Below are positions 1 through 14,312 of a DNA stretch of 64,000 nt, piece by piece. A model generated the notes under the pieces. The model was given only the letters and a program-made list of their open reading frames with translations, made no database searches and was not told where the DNA came from. Numbering within the stretch: position 1 is the first letter of the stretch; every line of letters starts with the position of its first letter. The stretch is from NCBI RefSeq assembly GCF_009914755.1, contig NC_060926.1; one strand, 5' to 3'. The position numbers and the translations under genes were made by a program. This stretch comes from the human T2T-CHM13v2.0 reference genome, Homo sapiens.

Positions 1-1902
1 GCGGTCACAGAGAACAGCAGGCCCAAAACCCATATTATCAAAGGCCCGAGGCCCTGCAAGGACTGGCATGTTTCGTTCAAACAAAAGGAAGGGTTTCCTT
101 GAAAATCCCACTCTTGCCTCCCCCACATTTCCCTCTTGGCTGCTTCTGTGGCCACACATGTTTCCGATGAATCCACATTCAAATGAATTTCGGCCGACAA
201 ATAACTCGATACAGCTCTTTGGTGGGAGAGAATTCCATCAGGATGAGGTCATGGTTTGGCTACAGTAAAATTAAAAATAACCTAGAGCCCCCCACTGCCC
301 AGCCTGGCATCAGCCCAGGACAGTGCATTTGGGAACCATTATCGGGTTTATCGGGGTAACGTATCACAGAAAACCTGCTTCTGTTTATAGACCATTTTAT
401 TATTCCGTTTTGACATTTCCCTTTTTTCTTCATCCCCTTTCCCCCTTAAGCAAATATCTATTAGACTGAGTTGAAATGTGATCCAACCAAACATACTCTT
501 TTTCAACTTCAGGCTAAAGCAGGTCTGACTAGAAGCAGAAATGCTTAAGTGAAAAGTTATGATTTACTTTCTTTCTAAAGGGAAACAGTGTCAGAAGGAG
601 AATTTTATATGACAAGAGAACTTATGGCACACAGAGCAGGGGCTGACAGCTGACACAGACCTTTCCTGGGAAAGTGCTAGTGCTTAGAGAGCTGGGCCTC
701 GTCTCTTAGTGTCCCTGTGACAAACTAGGAAAAGCATATCACCACAACCAGAATTAGTTTGAAAATGATCATGTCTCCAGAGTGGATTGTAGGTGTTTGG
801 ATGGTTAGAATGGAAAGAGAATGTAGAGATCATGTCCATTCTCACTCCCATTGTCTTACTGTTGGGTAAACTAAGGCCCACACGGCTGCAGTGACTTGCC
901 CAAGGACACTGCCGGGGCTTGAGTGTTGGAGGACTTGAGCCTTAGAGTGTTGAAGATGGGAGTTTGAGAACTAGCTCTGCCATGAGCTGTGACACAGTGG
1001 CCATTATCTTGTTGCGCCTTGAGTACATTATCCCTAAAATGGGATAATTGCTCTCCTGCCTGTATTATGTGATTATTGAAGAACTGAGTGAAGAAACAGC
1101 TATTCTAGCAAATATTTACTGAGCGCTTATTTTCCAAATGTTCTAATCCTTCACGCAACCCAAACGCTTCTCACAGCAGTCCTGCCGATTAGGTACAATA
1201 ATGATTTCATTCTCAAGATGAGGGACATTCATGAGGGATATAATTTACAAGAGCAAACTGTGAGTCGGAAGATAATAGAGGCTTGATTTGAACCTAAGTG
1301 TTTGATTCTAGAGCCTGTGCTCTTAACCATGGCATGATTCTGTCTCTGTGACCAATTAAATCAGAACCCAGTTGCAAAGGTGAAAGGTGAGATCCAGGCT
1401 GAGCCAGAGCAGAGACCCTGTTCATCTCACTCCTGTTTCCAGGTCCTTCTCCAGGACCGTGAATTGCCCTGACTTCTACAAGGGAGGCCGTTGGCTGCTT
1501 TCCTGTGCTTTCTTTCTGGCCTGGGCAACAGATTAAACTATGAAAGAGAAAGACGGTTTGAATTCTCCTTGAATGCATCAAAGTCCAGACCTGAAAGGAA
1601 TGTTGCTGGTGAGGGTTGGGGGCACAAGAGGCAGGCCCTCCTCTGAAGGTTGACACACGTAACGACATTTCACGCACCACTGGGAGGTTGTGAGGTCCCC
1701 GCTGCTGAATCAGGCTTCTGCTCTTGCACTTGCTCCCCTCCTGTCTTCCTCCTTTCCCTCCACTTTTGATTGTTCCCAGGCACGGCTACCTCCAGGCTGG
1801 TCCCTACACCGGACCCTGGGTTACCGCCCCACCTTCCTCATTATCTCCACATTCTTCTCCCTTTAGCTGCATACTCCAGCTCCACTGCTTTGTGGGTGTG
1901 TT

Positions 1903-1907
<5 letters not shown>

Positions 1908-1938
<31 letters not shown>
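1908..1938. repeat. (TG)n microsatellite
   Basis: Uninterrupted gt run of ~31 nt. Confidence 0.95.
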
Positions 1939-1939
<1 letters not shown>

Positions 1940-2197
1940 TTGTTGTTGATGTTGTGTTCTGATTCCTTCTTGAATGCACCAAGCTCTTGCCTCCCTTGGG
2001 ACTGTTGCTTCTGCCCAGAACTCCCCATCTTTGCCCAGCTAACAACTCACTCTTCAGGTCTTGGTTCTAATGTCCTTCCTTAGTCACAATTAATTACTCA
2101 TTACTTCTCTCATAGAATTATTTCCTTTTGTTTGTGCCTTTCTTACATTCTGCGCTAGCATATGTATTTATTTCGTTATCTATCTCTTCGTCTAGAC

Positions 2198-2655
<458 letters not shown>

Positions 2656-3038
2656 CCCTAGACTGTAAGCTCCAGGAGAGCAGAGACCGCGTCTCTTTCA
2701 TCTACTCTGCATCTCAATACCTGACTTGGTGCCTGGCTTGAAGTGGGTGTTTAATATTTGTCTACGGAAAATCAATGTATTCTCTATTCCTTCTAGTCCC
2801 CCCAATGAAAGGCAGCGAGTTCAGTAGGAAAAATTCATGTTACATCCAAAAATCTCATTTGAACTCTAACTGTGTTTACCAGGTGTGGGACTCTGAATTA
2901 GTAAACACCTTTGACCCTCAATTTCCCCATCCTTTAAATGAAGTTAATAATTGGAGGAATTAAATAAGGTAATAAAAAATGTACAGGCGATATGACAAAA
3001 CGTAGAACGTTCGTTACTATCATAATAATTAATGCTGT

Positions 3039-3894
3039 TGTGCAAATAGCAATTTACTGTTTTATAGTTTCGCATCCACCTTTCATTGCTTGCTCTGTGA
3101 TAATGGAGAGGGACCCTGTAAACGTGTCCGCCTTGCCACTTTGTGCAATATTTAGCTCCTTCAGTAGAGGGCGCTGCAGGAACATGTCAGGAGGGGGCCT
3201 TCTCTTCCGGATTCTGGATTCTGGTATACACTTGGAGCGTGGCATTTGGGGGACAGCCACTGGTGCGCAGCCCCATCAAGTTTTGGTGGCATCCCTGTGG
3301 ACCATATTCTATTAATCTTCAGTGGTACCCCTGTGGCAGATCCCCAGTGATTCTTATGGGCACTCAGGGCTAACTCCCCAGCCTTGCCTGCACTGTGACG
3401 GGTTTCCAGCTTACCAGTCATAGTGTGTGTAACTAACTGCCTGCCAGCTTTGGCCCACATGCACCCCAGAGGTGCATTTCTTGCTTTCCAGTTCGTTCTG
3501 TGAGTCTCTGGCCACCTGTGTCAGCCTACCTGTATCTGAGGCGGGTATTTTTTTTTTCTGCCGTGTTCAGCCATGGTTCCCTGATCATCAGCCTCAGTCC
3601 AGTATCTGTGGACTAGCTCCAACGTGGGGTGACTTAGGGAAATTCCTGGCCATCCAGCAGAGTGCAAACCCCACCTTCCCAATGAAGGGAGTCCAACCTT
3701 GGGGAAGAGACCCTTCCTTCCATGTTTGCTTCTTTTTTAAATGTTCTCCATCAATCTTAAGGAATCCTTTCAAGTATTTTTTACTCCTTTACAGGTTAAC
3801 TGCAACTGTTATAGCTAAAAATCCCTTATGTGAAACTTTCTCTGTTCGAATAACTCTATGGTTTCTATTTCCTGACTGGACCCTGACTGATACA
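3039..3894 (+). mobile_element. ERVL LTR (LTR41/LTR33 group), 5' LTR of a decayed provirus
   Basis: TG...CA termini; hallmark tccacctttcattgcttgctctgtgataatggag...cagtagagggcgctg near the start and ...ctggaccctgactgataca at the end, directly followed by ERVL internal sequence. Confidence 0.75.
3144..3176 (+). promoter_or_regulatory. Candidate CTCF site (core plus upstream motif) in the LTR
   Basis: Core CCTTCAGTAGAGGGCGCTG (3158-3176) preceded at a 5-nt spacer by TGCAATATT (3144-3152). Confidence 0.6.
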
Positions 3895-6800
3895 GAATTG
3901 CTGTTAGTAGTTGTCTAAGAAGATAGACACAAAGATGGGATTTGGCGATTGGTTTGTTTTATTTTTAACCTTGAGTGTAGTGCTATGCTTTTTATTTTTG
4001 CAATAGGAAGTGAGATGGTAATCCATGGCATGTAATGGTATCATGATTGATAGAGCTGTCACCTGTGGCTGAATGTGATGAAATGCCCACTGAGGACATG
4101 CCTTGGGAGCTCTAGTGGCTACTGCACTTGATTGCTGTGGCAGTCACAAGGACTCTAGAGACTGTGGTGTGGGATGGATTCTTCTAAATGAGTTCAAGCA
4201 ACCACAGAAAGAAAATGACAGGTTCTGGTCCTTTGACTCTCAGCTCAAGTCACAGATTGGGAATCAAGGAGCTTTCAAGGTAGCCCTAAAATATGCTCTT
4301 ACTTCTTGTAGCCAAAGGGCTGATATTGCTAAAATCTGACACAAAATTTGTTGTGCTAGTTGCTGAATTATAATGACAGTTGGATTCAGAGTCTTTACAA
4401 GTTTCTCATGTAAAAGGACACTTATTGGGAAAGGTTAGGATACTAAAACTTGAAATGAGAACATCTCGTTCTCGTTGGACCCCGATGAAACCAGTAACAC
4501 TGAACTTCCAAATTTCTCTGAGTTTCCCTTGACATTGAGATTAGTTGGCCTTGGAGTGTCTTAGTAGACTAGCCTTCCTTTCCTTGATAAACCTTATTAT
4601 AAACTTACCCAGTGTTGCTGGGTAATCAATCTCTTCAAAACCCACCACAACTACACTTTGTTGCCATTAGACTCATAGCTGGAGCCATATCTCTCTATGT
4701 CCATGTAGGAATAGCTTACACAAAAAAGGATTGAAATTGTGCAAATAAATGTTGGCAGAAACCAGAGGGAAAAGAAGTGGATTTTATGGGTGTTAGATTA
4801 AGGAGGATAGAATATAAGAATAGACAGGGTCAAGTTTTTTATTACTAGATATTCCAGATAACATGTTTGCTCATGCATCCAGAGGGGGCTTTAAAAGCTT
4901 ACTTGGTTGGTTGACTGAAACTTGGTCTCAATAGTGGCCTATATTAGGGGTTGATAAACTTCAGTCTGTGGGCCAGCTCCCTGATTTCATAAATAAAGTT
5001 TTATTGAAACATGGACACAGAGATACTTCATCATTTGAGTATTGTCTATGGCTGTTTTCATGCTGCAACAAGAGTTGAGTAATTGTGACAGAGATCACGT
5101 GGCCTTTAAGCCTGAGAGATTTACTATGTGACTCTTCAGAAAAAGTTTGCTGACTCCTGGGCTACATTTAAGGGGATAAAATTACATAGTTTCCCTGTAT
5201 TGTTGGGGAGATATTGTGACTGAACTTATTACGTGTAACCTGCACACCATTTCCCAACTATGTTCCATGAGGAGGCTGGGAGTATAATTCCTTCACTAAG
5301 ACATTGACAAATGCATTACTAAGGGAAGCACATTTATCCTTGAAAAATGGTGGTTCCTGTCATTTACAGATCAGTCATGAACAGAGGGGATGCCACCATT
5401 ACGATGTGTTTCTTTATTTGAATGAAGACGCAAGACTGTTGTAGAAAAAGAGGCCAAATGACTGCACTTACCTGCTAAGGACAAAGTGGGAGCCTCTATC
5501 ATGAAGGGCACCAGGGAAGTATCAGGGCTTGGATTGATTTGGGCCACAGAGATCTTTCATATGACAAAGATCTAGTAGGACATGAACTATTGCTAAATGT
5601 GTAAGAGGAAATATCCTATTATGTCTGATTGAAAAGAGAGAGAGAGAGAAAACTTGACTTTCATCACCAAAGTGGGCATTCTAGGACTCTTTCCAGAGTT
5701 AAGTCAAATCATAGCCCCAGAAACTATGGATTGAAATGAGATCAGGTCTCCTTGAGAAAAGACTCTGAACCATTTCTTCGAGTACATACCATAAATATTC
5801 CTCCAAGTATTTCTGAAAGGGAATGTGGCCATTTACAGGAGTGAATGTGCATTTGTGAAGTAGAAATACTCAGACATTTTGCAATTATTAGGTGTTTGTT
5901 CTGAATTGATGTTAATTCCTGGGGACCCTAATAGACACTGTGTCCCACCAGTCAAAAAGGGCACTTATGATGGACAGGTGATAGGTAGGGTCTTAGCTTA
6001 ACTCTAACTCTTAGTGGGCATAATTGGTCCAGGATCCACCCTGTGGTTATTTCCCTTTCTTGAATATACAGTTGGAATAGATATGTTTGGCAACTGGCAG
6101 AATCTTCACATTGACTCTCTAACCCAAGGAATGAGGATGATAATGGTAGAGAGGGCTAAGTAGAAGTCCCCGGAACTTCTCTTGCTACCAAGATAGTAAA
6201 CTAGAAGCGCTACTGCATAATTGCAAAGATTAATGACAACATTAAAGACTTGAAAGAAGAAAAGTGGTGTCACCTACTACATATTCATTTAACTCAACAA
6301 TTTGGCTTCTGTTGAAATCAAATAGGTCTTAGAGAATAACTGGATCATGTAAACTTAATCAGATGTTAACTGCAATTTTAGCTGCTATCCCAAATGTAGC
6401 ATCATTATTAGAGCAAATCAATGCAGCTTTTGGCACTTGGTATAACGTTATTGATATGGATAATTCATTTATCTACATCTCAATTTGCAAGGACCATGAC
6501 AGTAAATTGGTTTTTATCTAGCATGGCTAACAGTATGCCATCACAGTCTTGCCTTTACACTATGTTGATTATTCTGTCCAGAGTCATTTGACATTCCACG
6601 AAGTATCACACATGTCCCCTATACTGATGACTTTGTATTGATTAGGTCTTATGGGCGGAAACTGACAAGTATTTTTAGTGCCTTAGTAAGACATGTAAAC
6701 TAGCGGATAGAGACAAACCCCATAAAAATTCATGGGCCCCCCATCTTAGACTCAGTAAAGTTTCTTTAACTGTTATGAAGCATCAGGAAATATCCCCTCC

Positions 6801-7890
6801 AGGGTAAAAAGAGAAGTCGATGGACCTCATACTACCTAGGATGACAAAAGAGGTGCAAAATTTAAAAGGGCATTTTGGATTTTGGAGGCAGCACATATCA
6901 CATTTGAGTGTGCCATATTGACCTATTGTCAGAGTCACCTGAAAGACCACCACATTTCAGAGTAAGAAAACAGTAGAAAATTCATTGGCAAGTTCAGTCT
7001 GCAGTAAGAGTTACACTACCACTTGTTCTTTATGATTCAACAGATCCATGGATATTTGAAATGGCCTTGAAAAATATGGGAACTGTATGGAGCATCTGGA
7101 AAGCATCTGTGGAAGAATTACAGCAAAAACTTCTACAATTCAAGTACAAATCTTTACCTTCTTCTGCATGCAATTATTGTTCTTTCGAGAAATAGCTTCT
7201 GGCTTGCTACTGGGTTTCTTTCTACTTGGTAGAATCTGAATACCTAGCCATGACTATTAGGCAACTGTGAGACTTGAGCTTCCCATATTCAACTAAGTAT
7301 TGTCTGACATATCACCTTTATCAGCGATAAAGGTGGTCTTGCACAACAGCAATCTAACAACAAATAGCAAACTGTATTTCATACAGAAAGCTTGTACAAG
7401 TCTAGAAGGTACAAGTAGGTTGCATGGCCAGGTGGCTCAGACTTTTTCAGAATAGACTCCTGTTGTATCACCTTCTGTCTTTCAATCCATGGCTATGGCC
7501 TCTGGGGTGTTTCTTGATCAGGTGACTCAGGAAGAGACAATTCAAGACTGGTTTACAGATGCCAGTACTACTCAGAAATGGATGGCTGAAGCACCACAGT
7601 CTTGCTCAGGGCAACCCTAAAGGACAGTGGTGAAGAAAATCCTCCCAGTGGGTAGAACGTAGAACAGTACGTGGTTTCCATGATGCCAGAAATGAGAACT
7701 ACACTGATTCGTAAACAATTGCTAGTGCTTCGCTGGACAAAACAGGATTGAAAGCAACTGACAAGAAAGTCAGAGGAAAAGCTATGTGAATGGACTTATC
7801 AGCATCAGCATGGATTGTAAAGTTGTTTATCTCCAATATGAATGCCCATGTATCCAGTGCAGATGGGGCTTTTAATAATTGAGTATAAAG
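3895..7890 (+). mobile_element. Decayed ERVL-class internal region (gag, protease, RT, RNase H remnants; no integrase or 3' LTR adjacent)
   Basis: Fragmentary translations: protease-like LLGVCSELMLIPGDPNRHCVPPVK (~5885-5956), RT YTDD at 6620-6631, RNase H WFTD at 7549-7560 and an SSQW-like motif; many stops and frameshifts. Confidence 0.85.
4945..5159 (+). mobile_element. MER58A nested in ERVL gag
   Basis: taggggttgataaact...aaaagtttgctgactcctg, internal aaataaagttttattg; TSD gcctatat/ggctacat. Confidence 0.85.
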
Positions 7891-10800
7891 GAACACAATA
7901 TTTCAGCAAAAGAAATTTGGTTCCTAGGCTTCAAAGACCCCATTGGCAACCCAGGAGAGTCAAGAGCACCATGGGAAGCCCTAGGAAGGGTAGGCCAGTG
8001 ACAGATTCAATTCATTTTGCTTTCCTGTAGGCAAGGGGCTCCAGAGTTTCATGTCCCAATTGGTGCATCTGCATTTTTGAGCCCTGTCTTGTGCAGGGCC
8101 TCAGCCTGGAAACTGTGAGTTGGCAGGAGATGTGTGGGCTTGGCACAGTGAGGAGACACAGAGAATTATAAGCCTCATTATCCCCATATCCCTAGAAGAC
8201 TATAACTGCTAGGGAGAAAGACACAGAGATCCATGTAAAAAGTGAATTAAAAAAAGATTCCTCAGGAAGGCAGTTGCCCTGGAACAGTGAGAAAGTAAGC
8301 AGCACAGACAGCCAGAACTGTGGCGCTCAGGGGAGAGAAACTCATAGGGGAGGGAGGGGTGAAAGTGTTCCTTGGAAGGGAAGGAAAGGGCTTTGGTTGG
8401 AGCTGAAGGGGTGCCAATGTTTGAGGAGGTCAAGACAATGGAGCGGGGGTGGGTGACAGAAGAGGCAGACATTAGATCAAGAGTGAAAGCCAGGCTAGAG
8501 ATCAGGGTCATGAGATCAGTGGAGCTTGACACAAGCCCCACAGATGCCTAGGGCTGCTCCAGCTCCCGACAGGGCACTGACTATCAACGTGTAAAGCACA
8601 ACCTGACAGTCTTCAGCCTGAGCCCAGGGCTGTGGTGCCTCCTTTCTGCTCCTAACATGTGATTAGTATCGTATTTGCATTCTACTCCCAGACACCCACC
8701 TTTGCCTGTATCAGTGTCTGGATTTAAGAAAACTAAGCCTCAGAAGACTAAGAGTGGCCATAGTTGGAACTGAACAGTTTTCTTGTGAATTCTAGTTTCT
8801 TGACAGAGGACCAGACCTCTTGTCTGAAGTGATTATAAATGGGAATGTCTGCCCCTTTCTTGAGAGATGCTACTCCTAATCTTAGGGATGTGGCCAACAC
8901 TCACACCTATGGCTCAAACTCTCAGTGACAATATTTTGACCAAATACAGGAGTATTTTGACCAGGAATTCTGGCCAAGCCTGTGGCTCAGCCCTTGGACA
9001 ATCATTTCCCCTTGGGGAGCATGCTGTCCTGCCTGCTGGTGAAAGGCTGGCACTGGACAACCTGCAAGTGTCCTTCCAGCTCCGAGAGTTTAGGACGCTA
9101 GTTCCCACATGCTTTAGAGCTCAGTGTGTACAAAGTGCCCTCTTGCAGGATCTGAAAAACAGCAGTCTAGGGAGAGTGGTGCCCAGCTTCCTCAGAAGAG
9201 GTTACCCAGGACAAATCAGCATGGGAAGAAAAACTGGGGGCTTTTTTCTTCTTTTCGGACTCTGACTTTCACAGCACCAGCCACATTTTAGGCTTCTGAG
9301 CATTGGTAGTAGTTGGTTGGTTACAAATGCCATAAAAAGAACTGCAGCCCTTGCAGGGCAATGTGCTTGGGAAGAGGCGGATTTATGTTGTGTCTGTATC
9401 CCAGTTGGGGTATATTCGAATCTGATGCAGTCTGACTCTGGGACCATCCTCTGGAAGCTAAGCTGCTATCCAGCTGGAGAGAGTCAAATTGGCATTATGG
9501 GAGAGGGACTCCTTGGGACAGATCAGGGATGAGGAAGCTAGTTGACCATCCACAAGGAGATTGTCCTTTCATTCTTGTCTCGGATGACCAGATTTATATT
9601 TTTGTTAATTGTAAAGGTATGTTGTTTTGGAGATAGCAGAAAACAGGCAGGGATCTGACCTTACATAGTAAGCAGGTCGTTGCCACATGCTAAAGGAAAA
9701 AGACCAGGATGGAGACAGAGCTGGACAACACGCCATGTGACGGACAACTGAAGACACAGGAAAGAAAAGAAATGTAGACGGGGCTTAGTCACTGTCCTCA
9801 GACCTCTGGGAACAGAGGGTGGCCTTGCTTTCTTTGGCCCAGTTTATATCCATTCCAGTGCTTGGAATGTAATGGAGAGTAAATGAATGTTTGAATGAAC
9901 GAATGAATGGATCAGAGCAGCAGAGTCAGACAAGTATAAGGTAAGAACAAGATGTATTTTGGCTGAATATAAACTCATTAAAAATCAAAGTCACACAGTT
10001 AATTAACCAGTGTTCTTTTAGAGGTATAGACTGCCCAGCACTGAGAAGCACAGACATCAGCATAATGACCCTCTCCCAGGAATGTCATAAAAGAGCATTT
10101 CTGACCAGCATAGAACCCAGGGAACACATGCCAAGCTGTCACTTTCGAGGTTAATGCTGATTAAGTTGTGAGAGATATATGTGCGGTGGCCTCGTGGGGT
10201 GGCGTTAACCTACATATCAAAGCAGGGAAAAGACATTTCCTTTGTGGTTCCATCTCTGAATTTCACAGACATTACAGCTGTGTTCTATCAGTACCTCAAG
10301 GTTTTTCCCTAAGTAAAGCACAGACTTGTGAAAGGGAATAAGGGAAGACACAGAAAGCCGGGTGACCACCGCAAGGCTAAATTGGATATGTCATGAATTA
10401 TAAAATAAAGATGAAATATTCCTTATTATTTGCAAATTCTAACTAAATCTATTAGAACTATTTAATTATAGCTATAAAAGTTGTCATCAAAATGGCCTAC
10501 TCTAATATGAACATTAAGAGAAGACACATGAAATCTTCATTAGTTAATTAAAATTCTTAATTTAAGGAAGTAAATGTCATTCTGATAGATTAAGTAAATA
10601 TGGTTTGCCCTGTAGTTTACAAATAAAATCCCCAAAAGAATAAAGGTTTAAAGAAATAACATTTTTTCTTTGTTTTGTTCATTCATTCATTCATTCATTC
10701 AGTGTCCTCATTATAGTTTAATATAACAGGCATGCTATTGAATGTCAGAGCTGGAAAGATCCAGGACAAGGGATGGAACTCAGTAAACATCACTACACAC

Positions 10801-11096
10801 ATTGATGATCATCTACTTCAATGCTCAGCCATGGCTCAACCCAGGGGAAGAAACACTCTGCCAAACACACTTGCGTTTTACTAAGGATAAAAGACCTCGT
10901 CTACAAGGACATTGCCACAATGGTGGCATTATAGACACTATCTGCCATATTTGGATGAGTTGCTCAGTGTAGCTGCCAGTAACTCTGTGTAAAGCTGGGG
11001 AGTAAGAATGAGAATGATTTGATGCCTATCTCCCCCGCTACTGTGTATTAATCATTCCTCACAGATTGCAAAGTAAATTTAGAAACATTAGTTCAT

Positions 11097-11642
<546 letters not shown>

Positions 11643-12554
11643 TCAGCTGAAATCTCACTTGGCTCCAATCTTCCAATATCAGAGACTGACTGAAGTCCCC
11701 ATCTCTTAACCCTCTGTTCATATCTCCTCACCACTTCATGAAGCTTTCTCTTTCCCTTACTCTATGACATATCAATCCCTAGCTTGTGAGTGTCCCAAAC
11801 TTTAAGATACAAGTTTGAGGTTAGTTAGGGCCAAAGCCTAGCACATTGAGAAAAACACCTGGATATGTGTGTTGAGAACCATGCAGAACTGGAGGCTCAG
11901 AGAGTGTCTGTCTAACCCAATCCCCCATGCCTCATCAACATCAGGGTGATTTGTCATGGGGCCTGGCTTACTAAGAATACATCTACCTTTAAACCTTTGT
12001 ACATATTAGTTGTTTAAACACTCGTGTTCAAATTATGACCCCTTTTTCCAAGTCCAGTTTGTGGATTCTGGGCTCTAGAGAGATGGCTCTGATTACTCAA
12101 ACTTCAGATCATCAATCTTCCCAATCTTTTGGGAATTAGAACCTCAGAGATGCTGGGAAGCCCCTATAAGTTCTGGACCAGTAGTTTTCCAAATGTGAAG
12201 TTTAATATCCTTGCGCTTTAGTTTTCAATGGGTATCTGGCAGTGAGTAGTTAGATCTACAGGGCTACCACCACACTACTTCAATCAGTTCCATTTTTTTT
12301 GTTGTTTTACCCTACTGTAATTCTAGGTAGGATTTTGTTTGAACAAAAGGGGTTTTAGACAAAAATTTTGAAAATCAAGATCTACACCACTGTTTCTTAA
12401 AATAAATTATATAGATGAATATTAAAAATTCAGATTTCTTGGCTTTCTGCAAAGAAATTTTGATCAGCAGGTCTGGAACAGGACTCAGAAATCCACTTTG
12501 TGGAAAGCTGTCTAGGGGGTTTTAGAACACACATGTCAAGGCCTGGCGAATATG

Positions 12555-12756
12555 CAATGTTCTTCAACAGAATTTTCTGCCCTAACAGAAATGTTCTGTT
12601 TGTATTGTCTACTATAGTAGCCATGGCATGTGGCTACTAAGCATTTGAAATGTGGCTAGTATGTCTGACTAATCAAATTTAAAATTTTATTTTATTTATC
12701 TAACTTAAATTTAAGTAGTCACATGTGCCTAGTGGCTACCATCCTGGATAGCACAA
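12555..12756 (+). mobile_element. MER3 (hAT-Charlie) MITE, next to MER5-like fragments at ~12180-12545
   Basis: catgtggctactaagcatttgaaatgtggctagt ... cacatgtgcctagtggctacc, typical of MER3. Confidence 0.8.
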
Positions 12757-13403
12757 GACCAACATTTTCTCTGTGAAAGAGTCTGCCTGCACTGTAGCAT
12801 CCTAAGAGGCAGACATGCTTCCTTTTCTTGCTCAAATGCCTTGTGGTCTGTGCTGCACCATTCACAGGTTGAGAAGCATTAATTAATGTGCTCATCTCAC
12901 ATTTAATTTGTATCTGGGAGTATACAGATAAAGAAATCAGGGTCCTTTTCTACAAAAAACTCAGAATCTAGTGAGGGAGTTTCCAATCAAAGAAATGGGC
13001 AAGTCCAGTCACCTCAAGAGAAATAGTAGAAAGATTTTGATCATGGCACACTTATTTTTATTCATTCTATATCCTTCAGTTTCTAGCCTCCGTGGTGGCT
13101 TTACATCAGGTAAAAGTTCTAGTTTCTGCTTCAGTAGTTAGAACCACTCTGCAATTACAGCAATTGCTTCTTCATGGGCAGCCTTGCACAGCAATTAAAA
13201 GCAGGTGCTCTGGAATGAGACAACATGAATCCAAATCCTCATTCTGGATTTGTTGTGAACTCTTGTTCACAAGCTATGTGCCTTTATGAAATGTAAACAA
13301 TCTTTCTATGCCTTAATTTCTCGTCTGTAAAATTATCTACCTCAAGCCATTGGTGTGAGAAGTCATTGGGATAAAGTGTACTGAGTGCATCATATACTGT
13401 CTA

Positions 13404-13794
<391 letters not shown>

Positions 13795-13835
13795 TTAGAA
13801 TCCCAGATCTGCTGCTTTACTTACCATCTTTGTGC

Positions 13836-14282
13836 TGCTAAAGAAGAATATCCAATGATGCTTGCTGAAGATGATAAGGCCAACTTTCTTCAATGGGTGG
13901 AGCAATTATGATAGGCATAAGAGAGATTGGGCTCAACTTCAAACTTGGCATGGACAAGTGGGAATTTATAGTCAAGGAGCAGGGTGGGTGTTGGAAGATA
14001 GAAAATTACTGAGAAGAAACATCAGGGTGAGAGGGGATTCTGGTTAAGCCAACCTAATAGAATGCTTGCTGAATGCAGGCCAGGGTGACATCGCCTTGAG
14101 GTGAAGGATGAGGAACCTGATTAGATATTGAGGGTGGGGGTCCTGGTTAAACTGACTTAGCAGGATTCTTGCTAAATTTGGGCAATGCAGAGACAAACAC
14201 AAAAGTCCAAAGTCAGACCTAGCTGAACAGAAAGTTCAGAAGGAGCCCAAGTAGGGTTTGATCAAGGAGAGAATCTTGATCA
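13836..14282 (-). mobile_element. MER31-type ERV1 solo LTR inserted in a MIR
   Basis: Minus strand begins tgatcaagattctctccttgatcaaac; 4-bp TSD gtgc/gtac; the MIR core (tctttgtgc|...|ctcagtttttctc) resumes on both sides. Confidence 0.75.
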
Positions 14283-14312
14283 GTACCTCAGTTTTTCTCC
14301 TCTCTAAAAATG

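Noticed and set aside
8330-8359. Possible G-quadruplex (four G-runs)
   Set aside because: The first loop is ~13 nt and there is no promoter context; such motifs are common by chance.
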